Assembly (NCBI GenBank): GCA_964617015.1
Contig: CAZTVG010000002.1
Coordinates: 13,077-77,076 of the forward strand
Origin: Candidatus Woesearchaeota archaeon
GTDB taxonomy: Archaea > Nanobdellota > Nanobdellia > Pacearchaeales > GW2011-AR1
Direction of reading: 5' to 3'
Length of the DNA: 64,000 bases
Under the pieces are notes generated by a model. The model made no database searches. It had not been told where the DNA came from and was given only the letters and a program-made list of their open reading frames with translations. A program made the translations under genes and the position numbers. Shown in pieces: positions 9,063 through 18,237 of this stretch. Each line of letters starts with the position of its first letter. Position 1 is the stretch's first letter.

Positions 9063-9143
9063 GCCGACATCGCATAGTGGTATTGCACGAGATTGCTAAT
9101 CTCGGTCCTTCGGGACTCCCAGGTTCGATTCCTGGTGTCGGCG
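9063..9143 (+). tRNA. tRNA-Ser (anticodon GCT)
   Basis: Manual cloverleaf: acceptor GCCGACA/TGTCGGC, anticodon arm CGAGA-TTGCTAA-TCTCG, long variable arm GTCCTTCGGGACTC, T arm CCAGG-TTCGATT-CCTGG, discriminator G. No CCA is encoded. Confidence 0.9.
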
Positions 9144-9153
9144 TTTCTAAGAA

Positions 9154-9744
9154 TCATTCCAAAGCAACAAACCTGTCACGACCTACATGTTTTGCCTTGT
9201 AAAGTGCCTTATCTGCCCTTTCCTTGAATCTTTTTTTAGAATCTCTTTTTCTGAACTGAGTTAATCCCCCGCTTACAGTAATCTTGTATTTTTTCAAAAC
9301 CTTATCTGATTTTATTGCTCCTCTAAGCCTTGAAGTTATCTTCTTTGCTTTCTCAAGGCTTGTTTCAGGAAGAAGAACAAAAAATTCCTCTCCGCCAAAT
9401 CTTGCGGCAATATCTGATTTCCTGAGTTGTTTTTTTAGAACATTTGCGAGCCTTACAAGAACCTCATCCCCCTTCAGATGTCCGTAAGTATCATTTACTT
9501 TTTTAAAAAAATCTATGTCAATTATAAACAAAGAAAGCTTTTGATTTCCCCTCTGGGCTTTTTCAATTTCCATGTCAAGAATATTCTCAAAGAATTTATT
9601 GTTATAGAGTCTGGTTTTTTCATCATGCGTTGCTGCGTCGTAAAGCACTGAAATGGACTCACTCATTGCACTGAGAAGTTCCTCAATTCTTTCTCTGAAC
9701 TTTGGATCAAGGGCAGAGATTTTTTTGCTTAATTTTTTATCCAT
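9154..9744 (-). CDS. GGDEF-domain protein (putative diguanylate cyclase)
   Basis: DIDFFKKVNDTYGHLKGDEVL...AARFGGEEFFVLLPET...ADKALYKAKHVGRDRF. The active-site GGEEF is at nt 9382-9396. A short N-terminal helical region precedes it, with no obvious sensor domain. Confidence 0.85.
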   Translation of the reverse strand: MDKKLSKKISALDPKFRERIEELLSAMSESISVLYDAATHDEKTRLYNNKFFENILDMEIEKAQRGNQKLSLFIIDIDFFKKVNDTYGHLKGDEVLVRLANVLKKQLRKSDIAARFGGEEFFVLLPETSLEKAKKITSRLRGAIKSDKVLKKYKITVSGGLTQFRKRDSKKRFKERADKALYKAKHVGRDRFVALE

Positions 9745-9784
9745 TAAAACTTTAAAGAAGAATAGTTAATAAAGTTTTTTAAGA

Positions 9785-10582
9785 TTAATATTCCTTGTTG
9801 ACCTCACTTGTCCTTCTGTGTCTTATATATAATTTATCAAGAATTTTCAGGATTTCCTGTCTTTGTTCTGATTTCCCAAGGCCTTTCCAGTCTAGGAGTG
9901 CAAGGTCCACTTCCTCTTCTGTTTTTTCTATTGCCTCCTTAATCATCTCTTCTGTCAAGGGAAAAGCGTACTGGGAAATAACATGGGAAATAGCTACATT
10001 GGATTTTAATTGTATTTTATTGAAATTAGGGCAATAGTGCGGGCCACCTATCGCAATTGCAACTTCATTGTAGGGATTTTCCCTAAATTCCTTCACAGCC
10101 TCAAAAGTTGTTTTTGCAATTATAAATGCCGCTCTCCTGTCTGTCCACTCGTTTTCTGTAGAACCTATTTCTATGAAAATGCATGGTTTATCAATCAAGG
10201 GACCGTGATGCGTGGCTTCCATAGTTACTTTATAATTTTTAAGATTGTATTTTTCCTTGTTTTCATTAAGTTTTTCAAAAATTTGCTTTAAGAAGAGAGC
10301 AGAAGTTTTACAAACTTTTCCCGCTTTTCCCCCGAAATCTGCACTTCTCCAATTTCCAGGAGCATGCACAGAAAGTGTCTTTTCACGCTTTTCTGATTTG
10401 TGCTTCGAAGCGAAAATAATGAAGTCATACTGGTTTATTTTTTCAAGGTCAAGATTTTCTGTATGAATTATTTCCTTGTTAACCAGGTAAAATTTGAAGT
10501 CTCCGAACTGCGAGAGCTGAGTAGTTATGTTTGTTCCTGCCTTGTCAAGCTTGCTGGCCACTATAAGGAATTTTGAGTACAT
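9785..10582 (-). CDS. dtdA: D-aminoacyl-tRNA deacylase, archaeal DTD2 type
   Basis: FASKHKSEKREKTLSVHAPGNW, MEATHHGP, FIEIGSTENEW, IGGPHYCP and DWKG are colinear with DtdA of Pyrococcus as recalled. The start is set at the ATG at 10582 (MYSKFLIV). The ORF track begins at an upstream TTG (10600). Confidence 0.8.
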   Translation of the reverse strand: MYSKFLIVASKLDKAGTNITTQLSQFGDFKFYLVNKEIIHTENLDLEKINQYDFIIFASKHKSEKREKTLSVHAPGNWRSADFGGKAGKVCKTSALFLKQIFEKLNENKEKYNLKNYKVTMEATHHGPLIDKPCIFIEIGSTENEWTDRRAAFIIAKTTFEAVKEFRENPYNEVAIAIGGPHYCPNFNKIQLKSNVAISHVISQYAFPLTEEMIKEAIEKTEEEVDLALLDWKGLGKSEQRQEILKILDKLYIRHRRTSEVNKEY

Positions 10583-10618
10583 GATTAAATATAAAAACAA
10601 TATTTCTTAAATATTGTT

Positions 10619-10855
10619 ATGGCTGACATTATTAACATAATTATCGGGATCATTGTCTTATTTTTAGGAATTCCTATTGGAAACTATCTTGCTAAGTTTA
10701 CCAGAGATGAATTGAAGTCAGGCCAAAGATGGTTTAAACTGATAATAATTTTTAGTTTAATCATAGCTTTTATCGGGCTTTTTATTGGAGATGATATTTT
10801 ATTTTTTAGTTTCTTGTTTATTGCTATTGTTACAGGCAGGAGTTTAAGAAAATAA
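10619..10855 (+). CDS. Small integral membrane protein (hypothetical)
   Basis: 78 aa with two or three hydrophobic helices. No recognisable motif. Confidence 0.45.
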   Translation: MADIINIIIGIIVLFLGIPIGNYLAKFTRDELKSGQRWFKLIIIFSLIIAFIGLFIGDDILFFSFLFIAIVTGRSLRK

Positions 10856-10914
10856 TTTCAACATATACTTTAAATCAAATAAAATATTAAAAAGATGTGT
10901 TTTTATAACCAAAA

Positions 10915-11580
10915 ATGACTTTAACGATGGAAGAATTAGGAACTATCGGAACAAAAAAAGTTTCTCAAGAATTATTTCGAGAAGCTGTAGAAACCATACC
11001 GAGCCATATAGAATATGCTGGGTTGGAATTTACATATGCGGGAATACCTAGATTTGGATATGAAGATGATGAAAAGAAATATGTTTCTGAATGTGTACAA
11101 CAAGGCGTAATGCCCTTTTCACAGTTAAAATTAAACTACAAATCTGATTTTAAATGTTTTATTCTTGAAACTTCGTTCAATGAGAATTTTTTAGGTATTG
11201 ATAGAAATTCCACTGAAGAAATAAAAAATGCATCCTTTAATGGTATGCTAAAAGGAGGAAAGATTCATTCAATGGAAACATTAGTTGGTGATGGGCATAA
11301 TTTGCTCAAATTTGAAGATTTTAAAGAAGAATTTCTAAAAAAATTTTTGGAAGCTGGGTATCATTTAAGCGGAGGGGATTTTTGGCTAAGTTCATATCAT
11401 CTAACAGGATATAATCAGGGAAATTATAGAGAGAGTGGTATGTTATTAGAACATAGAAAAGGGATTGAATTACAATTAGAAAAATATCCTAATGCAGATG
11501 GAAAACAAAGGTTGGTAGAATGGTTTACCCAACTTACAGAGAAACATGACGCAAAAGTTTATGCAACAAAATTAGAATAA
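10915..11580 (+). CDS. Hypothetical protein
   Basis: 221-aa ORF with ordinary coding composition. No motif recognised. Confidence 0.5.
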   Translation: MTLTMEELGTIGTKKVSQELFREAVETIPSHIEYAGLEFTYAGIPRFGYEDDEKKYVSECVQQGVMPFSQLKLNYKSDFKCFILETSFNENFLGIDRNSTEEIKNASFNGMLKGGKIHSMETLVGDGHNLLKFEDFKEEFLKKFLEAGYHLSGGDFWLSSYHLTGYNQGNYRESGMLLEHRKGIELQLEKYPNADGKQRLVEWFTQLTEKHDAKVYATKLE

Positions 11581-11610
11581 ACTTAAAAACCAGGTTTTTT
11601 TCTTGAATTT

Positions 11611-12321
11611 ATGCTTTACTTAATAGGTCTTGGGCTAAATGAAAAAGGAATTTCACTGGAAGGTCTAGAGGCAGTTAAAAAATGCGAGAAAGTTTATCTG
11701 GAATCTTACACAGTGGATTTTCTTTATCCCAAAGAAAATCTTGAAAAAATAATTGGTAAAAAAATATCCATTTCTGACAGAGAATTCGTTGAAAATTTAA
11801 AAATACTTAATGAGGCTAAAAATGTGGATGTTGCATTATTGGTTTATGGTAGCCCTTTAATGGCAACAACACACATAACAATTAATGAGGAAGCTGAAAA
11901 AAGAAAAATAATGGTTAAGGTGATTCAAGCTGCATCTGTTTTTGATGCTGTTGCTGAAACAGGTTTGCAGTTATATAAATTCGGAAAAATTGTTTCCATT
12001 CCAAAATGGCAGGAAAACTATAATCCCGAAAGCTTTGTGAATATAATCAAAGAAAATAAAAAAATTAACGCTCACAGTTTAATTCTTGTTGATATTGGTC
12101 TTGAACTTAAAGATGCACTTGAGCAGATGGAAATTTCGACCAGAAATAAAAAAATGAAAATTGGTAAGATAATAGTTTGCTCAAGGCTTGGAACAAAAGA
12201 TAGCAAAATTATCTATGATAAAATTGAAAATCTAAAAAATGAAAATATCAAAAAACCTTTTTGCATAATTATTCCAGGAAGGCTACAATTTTATGAAAAG
12301 AGTGTTTTAAGGGATTTTTAA
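11611..12321 (+). CDS. dphB: Diphthine synthase
   Basis: MLYLIGLGLNEKGISLEGLEAVKKCEKVYLESYT is the tetrapyrrole-methylase-fold N-terminus typical of Dph5/DphB. GSPLMATTH follows. Confidence 0.85.
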   Translation: MLYLIGLGLNEKGISLEGLEAVKKCEKVYLESYTVDFLYPKENLEKIIGKKISISDREFVENLKILNEAKNVDVALLVYGSPLMATTHITINEEAEKRKIMVKVIQAASVFDAVAETGLQLYKFGKIVSIPKWQENYNPESFVNIIKENKKINAHSLILVDIGLELKDALEQMEISTRNKKMKIGKIIVCSRLGTKDSKIIYDKIENLKNENIKKPFCIIIPGRLQFYEKSVLRDF

Positions 12322-12329
12322 TAAAAATT

Positions 12330-12443
12330 GATTATGGGATTCCAGAAGAGCTTAAAAATAAAAATATCAAAAAACCTTTCTGCATGATTATTCCAAGCGA
12401 GTTTCACTTTGTTGAGAGGAATATGCTTGAGGAATTTGAATAA
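12330..12443 (+). pseudogene. Orphan duplicated 3'-terminal fragment of diphthine synthase
   Basis: The frame from 12330 to TAA at 12441-12443 reads DYGIPEELKNKNIKKPFCMIIPSEFHFVERNMLEEFE. This parallels the dphB C-terminus ENLKNENIKKPFCIIIPGRLQFYEKSVLRDF. The nucleotide core aaaatatcaaaaaaccttt(t/c)tgcat(a/g)attattcca is nearly identical in both copies. The fragment has no start codon. Confidence 0.7.
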
Positions 12444-12627
12444 GGCCTCTTTGTCCTAATTCATCATAAACTATTCCTTTGATTTCTTCCATATGTCTTT
12501 CTGGATAAACATAAGGTATTCTTTGTGTCCGCATCCAGATAAAATCAGTTAGACCGGCCATTAGTGCTTCATCAAATAATTCTCTTTCCTGCTCGGACAA
12601 TAATGCTATTTTAGCTTCTATATCCAT
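12388..12627 (-). CDS. Hypothetical small protein
   Basis: ORF on the minus strand. Start chosen at MDIEAK (12627), because the ATG at 12696 would leave only 18 nt before the divergent ileS. The C-terminus overlaps the dphB relic on the opposite strand. Confidence 0.35.
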   Translation of the reverse strand: MDIEAKIALLSEQERELFDEALMAGLTDFIWMRTQRIPYVYPERHMEEIKGIVYDELGQRGLIQIPQAYSSQQSETRLE

Positions 12628-12714
12628 GATTAACCTGTAAAATGGAGTGTTTAAAAATCTTTCTTTGTAGGTTGTTAAGGAATTATTTAAAAACATTAAA
12701 CCCCAATAAATAAA

Positions 12715-15561
12715 ATGTATGATTTCAAGAAATCAGAAGAAGAAATTCTAAGATTTTGGAATAAAAACAAAATCTTCGATAAACTTAGAGAAAAGAATAA
12801 AGGAAAGAAGAAATGGAGATTCATTGATGGACCAATAACTGCAAATAATCCTATGGGGGTTCATCACGCATGGGGTAGAACATATAAGGATTTATTTCAC
12901 AGATTTAAAGCAATGCAGGGTCATGAGATGAGATATCAAAATGGGTTCGACTGCCAGGGTTTGTGGGTAGAAAGAGAGGAAGAAAAAGATTTAGGATTAA
13001 AGAATAAAGCAGATATAGAAAAATTTGGTATTCTTAATTTTGTCAATGCCTGCAGAAAAAGGGTTGAAAAATTTTCTAAAATTCAAACAGAGCAGTCTAT
13101 AAGGCTTGGGCAGTGGATGGACTGGGATAATTCTTACTACACAATGAGTGATAATAATCAGCTACACAACTGGCATCTTTTGAAACATTATCATAAAAAA
13201 GGGTGGCTTTACAAGGGAAAAGACGCTGTTCCTTGGTGTTGGAGATGTGGAACCGCAAGTTCAAAACATGATATTGTTACAGAAGGATATAAGGAAGTTA
13301 CTCACAAAGCTTTATTTATGAAATTTCCATTAAAGAACAAACCAAATGAATATTTCTTAATATTCACTACAACACCTTGGACAGTTCCTGCAAATGTTGC
13401 AATAGCAGTAAATAAAGATTTGGATTATGTAAGAGTAAAACAAGGTGAAGATTTTTTATGGTTAGCAGAAGCCACACTTAAAGAATTAAAAGGAAATTAC
13501 AATATTATAGAAAAAAAGAAAGGTTCTAGACTGGAGAATATAGAATATGTAATGCCTTATGGAAATTTAAATGTTCATGCAAGATCACCCCATAAAGTTG
13601 TTCTATGGGATTTAGCTTCTGGAGAAGAAGGAACAGGAATAGTCCACATCGCACCAGGATGTGGTGCAGAAGATTTCGAACTTTCTAAGAAAGAAAAACT
13701 TCCGGCAGTTTCTCCGCTAGATGAGGCAGGAGTTTACAAAGAAGGTTATTATAAATTAAGTTTTAAAAAATATTCTGAAGTAAATGAAGAAGTTCTTAAG
13801 GATTTAGGAGAAAGAGGTTTTGTCTATAAAATAGATTCTATAAAACACAGGTATCCACATTGTTGGAGATGTGGTAACGAACTCGTGTTTAGACTTGTAG
13901 ATGAATGGTATATTAAACATAAAGAAATAAAACCAAAGTTAATTGCAGCCAACAAAAAAATCAAATGGTATCCTAAATATGGTCAAAAAAGGCAAGAAGA
14001 TTGGTTTAACAATATGGGAGACTGGTTAATTTCTCAAAAAAGATATTGGGGATTGCCTCTTCCCATCTGGGAATGTCAAGAATGTAACAAATTTGAAGTT
14101 ATAGGAAGTTTGAAGGAGCTTAAAGAAAAAGCTGTGGATAAAAAAAAGGTTGATAAATTGCCAGAAATACATCGTCCTTGGATAGATGAAATTAAAATTA
14201 AATGTAGTAAATGTGAAGGAGAAGCTTCAAGAATCCCTGATCTCGGGATGGCTTGGCTAGATGCTGGTATAGTAATGTTTTCTACGCTTAATTATCTCCA
14301 AGATAAAAAATATTGGAAGAAATGGTATCCTGCTGATTTTATCACAGAAAACTTACCTGGACAGTATAGGGGTTGGTTCAATGCAATTATGTGGGCAGGT
14401 GTTGCTTTGGCAGGAAAAGCTCCTTTCAAAAGTTTGTTTGGATATGAAACCCTCAAAGATGAAAAAGGGGAAGAGATGCACAAAAGCAAAGGAAATGCTA
14501 TATGGTTTGATGATGCTGTTGAAAAAATTGGTGCGGATATTATAAGACTTCTTTATTGTTTGCAAGACCCTTCTCAAGAGTTGAGATTTGGGTTTAATGT
14601 TGTTAGAGAACCAAGAAATCAAATAAATATTTTTTATAACTTATCTAAACTAGTTGAAAAATCTCCTCCAAAAAGTGTTTCAGAAGTAGAAGATGTATGG
14701 ATTTTAAGTAAATTAAATTCTTTAATAAAAAAAGTTACAGAAGAATTAGAAGATTTACACCCTCATCTGGCAACAAGAGCATTGAGAGATTTCTGGGTTT
14801 ATGATTTTAGCAGAGGTTATATCCAGATAGTTAGAGACAGACTTGCAAAAGGAGAATTGGAAACGAAACAAACTCTAAAAGAAGTTTATTTAACAATTTT
14901 AAAATTGCTTGCACCAGTAATTCCATTTGTTACAGAGAATATTTGGCAGGATTTAAGAAAAAAGAGAATTGTAAAAGAAGAATCAATTCATTTAACTTCT
15001 TGGCCTAAAGTAGACAAGAAAAAAATAGATAAGAAACTTGAGAAACATATGTCAATCACAATTATGGATGTTATTTCTGTCGGTTTAATGATTAGAGATA
15101 AAGAAAAAATTAATATAAGATGGCCTCTCCAAAAAGTCACAATTTCAACTGGAAATCCAGAAATAGCTAAATCATTAAATTATATGAAGAATGTAATAAA
15201 ATCCCAACTTAATGTTAAAGACGTTGAGATAAAAGTTAAAGGAACTAATATTATAGTTAACCTGGACACAAAACAAACCCCTGAACTTGAGGCAGAAGGC
15301 TATGCTCGTGAGATTTCAAGACAGGTTCAGGCTTTCAGGAAAAAACTTGGACTTGAAAAAAAAGACAAAATTGAACTGAATATAATCACTGATGACAATT
15401 TCAAGAATATTCTGGAAAAACAAAAATCCCTTATACAAAACAGAACAAATTCAAAAAAACTTAAGATTGCCACAACTGATAAGGAAAGGTTTAAAAATAA
15501 AATAGATTTCACAATAAAAGACAAAAGAGGTAAGCTTGCAGTTATCATCACCAGTAGGTAA
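12715..15561 (+). CDS. ileS: Class I aminoacyl-tRNA synthetase, most likely isoleucyl-tRNA synthetase
   Basis: HIGH-type motif PMGVHHAWGRT, KMSKS-type motif EMHKSKGN, editing-domain TTTPWTVPANVAIAV, and zinc-knuckle-like PWCWRCGT and PHCWRCGNEL. TTTPWT and PxCWRC are IleRS-like rather than ValRS- or LeuRS-like. Confidence 0.75.
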   Translation: MYDFKKSEEEILRFWNKNKIFDKLREKNKGKKKWRFIDGPITANNPMGVHHAWGRTYKDLFHRFKAMQGHEMRYQNGFDCQGLWVEREEEKDLGLKNKADIEKFGILNFVNACRKRVEKFSKIQTEQSIRLGQWMDWDNSYYTMSDNNQLHNWHLLKHYHKKGWLYKGKDAVPWCWRCGTASSKHDIVTEGYKEVTHKALFMKFPLKNKPNEYFLIFTTTPWTVPANVAIAVNKDLDYVRVKQGEDFLWLAEATLKELKGNYNIIEKKKGSRLENIEYVMPYGNLNVHARSPHKVVLWDLASGEEGTGIVHIAPGCGAEDFELSKKEKLPAVSPLDEAGVYKEGYYKLSFKKYSEVNEEVLKDLGERGFVYKIDSIKHRYPHCWRCGNELVFRLVDEWYIKHKEIKPKLIAANKKIKWYPKYGQKRQEDWFNNMGDWLISQKRYWGLPLPIWECQECNKFEVIGSLKELKEKAVDKKKVDKLPEIHRPWIDEIKIKCSKCEGEASRIPDLGMAWLDAGIVMFSTLNYLQDKKYWKKWYPADFITENLPGQYRGWFNAIMWAGVALAGKAPFKSLFGYETLKDEKGEEMHKSKGNAIWFDDAVEKIGADIIRLLYCLQDPSQELRFGFNVVREPRNQINIFYNLSKLVEKSPPKSVSEVEDVWILSKLNSLIKKVTEELEDLHPHLATRALRDFWVYDFSRGYIQIVRDRLAKGELETKQTLKEVYLTILKLLAPVIPFVTENIWQDLRKKRIVKEESIHLTSWPKVDKKKIDKKLEKHMSITIMDVISVGLMIRDKEKINIRWPLQKVTISTGNPEIAKSLNYMKNVIKSQLNVKDVEIKVKGTNIIVNLDTKQTPELEAEGYAREISRQVQAFRKKLGLEKKDKIELNIITDDNFKNILEKQKSLIQNRTNSKKLKIATTDKERFKNKIDFTIKDKRGKLAVIITSR

Positions 15562-15627
15562 TCCTAACAGGTTACTCTTTTATCATAACAATCTTTAAAA
15601 ATATAACTTACCAAATAAAAAAATAAA

Positions 15628-16434
15628 ATGATAGTAAAAGAAGAATTTTTGAGTAGACTAAGAAAAATTTTTGATCTTAACCTGTATGAGGTCAAGGTAT
15701 GGACAGCCCTTCTTTCCCGCGGAACAAGCACTGCAGGAGAATTAAGCAATATTTCTGATGTTCCAAGGTCAAGAACTTATGATATCCTTGAAAGTCTGGA
15801 GAAAAAGGGATTTATAATTATGAGACTTGGAAAACCAATTAAGTTTGTTGCATTAAAACCCGAGGAAGTTGTTGAAAGAGTAAAGAAAAATCTCATGAGA
15901 GATGCAAAAGAAAGATCAAAAAGACTGGAGGTTTTAAAGGGTGATGATGTTCTTGAGGAATTAAGTACTTTATTTACCAAAGGCGTGAAATTCGTTGAAC
16001 CTTCTGATTTGTCCGGAAGTCTGAAAGGAAGACAGAATCTTTACAACCACATGGATATGATGGTCAGGGAGGCAGAAAAAACAATAACAATTATGACTAC
16101 AGCAGAAGGGCTTAGCAGAAAATTTGAGGCGCTGATGCCAAGTCTTGAAAAGTGCAAGAGAAGAGGAGTAAGAATAAGAATCGCTGCTCCAATAAACAAT
16201 AATAACGTAAAAGTTGCAAGAGATTTTAAGAAAGTTGCAGAGGTCAAAAGCATAGATAAATTCAAAGCAAGACTTGTAATAATTGATTCAGATCAGGTGA
16301 TGTTTATGCTGCTAGACGACGAAAAGTTCCATCCAAACTATGATATTGGAGTCTGGATAAACACGGAATTCTTCGCCCAGGCTTTAGAACAGTTGTTTGA
16401 CCTTGCCTGGAAAGATATGAAAACTGTCAGGTGA
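15628..16434 (+). CDS. TrmB-family transcriptional regulator
   Basis: LYEVKVWTALLSRGTSTAGELSNISDVPRSRTYDILESLEKKGFI is the TrmB wHTH. It is a paralogue of the gene at 56863-57645. Confidence 0.85.
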   Translation: MIVKEEFLSRLRKIFDLNLYEVKVWTALLSRGTSTAGELSNISDVPRSRTYDILESLEKKGFIIMRLGKPIKFVALKPEEVVERVKKNLMRDAKERSKRLEVLKGDDVLEELSTLFTKGVKFVEPSDLSGSLKGRQNLYNHMDMMVREAEKTITIMTTAEGLSRKFEALMPSLEKCKRRGVRIRIAAPINNNNVKVARDFKKVAEVKSIDKFKARLVIIDSDQVMFMLLDDEKFHPNYDIGVWINTEFFAQALEQLFDLAWKDMKTVR

Positions 16435-16589
16435 TTTTTTGAAAAAGTCGTGTTCTGTGGCTTTGAACAGAATAAAGACCTAATTCTTATTTCTGGGAAT
16501 AACAACCTAAAAAAGGGCGTTGAATCCTACCCTTGCAATAGCTCGGTCAGGGCGTATTCTTTAATAAACTATAAATTCTTTAACATTTT

Positions 16590-17402
16590 ATGATAACAAA
16601 ACGACAGATGCGTTCTGCAAAAAGATTGAATAATATTAAGAAGCAGGGTGGCAAGTATCCTTTATTATTGGAGCGAGTAATTGAAATTTCAGATATTGTT
16701 TTAGAAATTCTTGATGCACGGTTTCCAAAAGAGATGCAAAATAAAGATATTGAAAAGTTAGTTAGGGAAAAAGGAAAGAAGATAATTTATGTTTTAAATA
16801 AATCCGATCTTACATTAAAAAGGGATCAAAGGTTAAACCCAAGAGTTTTTGTTTCGTGTAAAAACAAGAAAGGTATTTCTGAATTGAGAAATAAAATTAA
16901 GATAGAAGCAGCGAAGATTAAGAAGACAGAAGATTATGACCGTGTTCAAATAGGTGTTATTGGGTATCCTAATACCGGAAAGAGTTCTTTAATTAATCTT
17001 TTAATTGGAAAAGCTTCTGCGAAGATCGGATCAGAAGCTGGTTTTACAAAAGGAATTCAAAAACTTAGATTGACTAAAGACATACTTTTGTTAGATTCTC
17101 CAGGGGTTATTTCTGCTGAAGAATATTCTATGACAAATGAGGAAAAAATAGCGCGGCATGTGAAAGTTGGGGGTAGATCACACAATCAAATTAAAGATCC
17201 AGAATTTGCTCTTAATGAAATTATGAAGAGCAACCAAAAAGAGTTGGAAACATTTTATAAAATTAACTTCAAAAATGCAGAGGATTTAATTGAAAAGATA
17301 GGTAAGAGAAAAGGTTTTTTGAAGAAAGGTGGAGAGGTTAATTCTGATAGAACTGCAAGGGCAGTTTTGAAAGACTGGCAGTTAGGGAACGTTAAAGTAT
17401 AA
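16590..17402 (+). CDS. Circularly permuted GTPase (YlqF/RbgA-YawG family, ribosome-biogenesis type)
   Basis: G4 (LNKSDL) precedes G1 (GYPNTGKSSLIN) and G3 (LLDSPG), the permuted motif order of this family. Confidence 0.75.
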   Translation: MITKRQMRSAKRLNNIKKQGGKYPLLLERVIEISDIVLEILDARFPKEMQNKDIEKLVREKGKKIIYVLNKSDLTLKRDQRLNPRVFVSCKNKKGISELRNKIKIEAAKIKKTEDYDRVQIGVIGYPNTGKSSLINLLIGKASAKIGSEAGFTKGIQKLRLTKDILLLDSPGVISAEEYSMTNEEKIARHVKVGGRSHNQIKDPEFALNEIMKSNQKELETFYKINFKNAEDLIEKIGKRKGFLKKGGEVNSDRTARAVLKDWQLGNVKV

Positions 17403-17546
17403 TGAAAAAACAAAGGTATGTATACCTTCTTGAATGTTATGGTGGATCAAAAAACACCCGGAAAGAGCGTTTCACATTTCCTCTTACAAATAAAAAGATA
17501 TTGAAAAATATCTAAAATAAAAAATAAATAAAAAATAAATAAAAAT

Positions 17547-17750
17547 TTATTGATTTAATATTGCCAATACGCCACTAATGAATGTTGTTATAACAACCAC
17601 CCAGCCAGCTATTAATGCTAAAACATCACCGCCAAGCCAAAATGGTAGCGTTAGTGTCCCCCCAATCATAGCAAATCCTACAGCCAAAGAGACAATCACA
17701 CCAGTCAACCAAGCTATAAAGTTCAAAACCCTTGAACTTTGTCTCGCCAT
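17547..17750 (-). CDS. Small membrane protein (hypothetical)
   Basis: 67 aa with two hydrophobic helices rich in Gly, Ala and Trp. The overlapping + strand ORF 17578-17772 is considered less likely. Confidence 0.45.
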   Translation of the reverse strand: MARQSSRVLNFIAWLTGVIVSLAVGFAMIGGTLTLPFWLGGDVLALIAGWVVVITTFISGVLAILNQ

Positions 17751-17838
17751 CTTAAACCTCCTTTTAATTTAATTATTCTTAATATCTAAGAGAAAAACAG
17801 TTTAAATAAGTTTTGATTTTAAAAATTAAAAAATAAAG

Positions 17839-18237
17839 TTATCTCTTTCTTTTTTTCCTTGCTGTTTTTCTCCTTTTTCCCTTTCTTTTTGCCTTCCCGC
17901 TTTCTCCTCCCACAATTCCTGAGAGAGTTGCCCTGTATCTTACCGGAGCCTGTGCTGAAATAAGACTCATAGATTTATCACCAGCTTTTCTTGCATTTGA
18001 CATATTTGTCCTGATTTCTCCATCAAGCCTTGAAAGCTCATTGTTTGTCTTTTTAACAGAAGATATCAGTGCTCTTTCAGATATTTTTCCAAAGAAAAAT
18101 CTTTTGCTTTCCTGATTAAACTCGTCCAAAAGTCCTTGTTTTTCATCCTGTCTTGCTCTTATAAGCTCTCCTGCCACATTAAGCTCTTTTAAAAGCTTGG
18201 CAAAGAAAGACTCATTCATCTTTTTTGTCTGAACCAT
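17839..18237 (-). CDS. Hypothetical protein with a highly basic C-terminal tail
   Basis: 132 aa. The C-terminus is GKAKRKGKRRKTARKKRKR. No other motif. Confidence 0.45.
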   Translation of the reverse strand: MVQTKKMNESFFAKLLKELNVAGELIRARQDEKQGLLDEFNQESKRFFFGKISERALISSVKKTNNELSRLDGEIRTNMSNARKAGDKSMSLISAQAPVRYRATLSGIVGGESGKAKRKGKRRKTARKKRKR

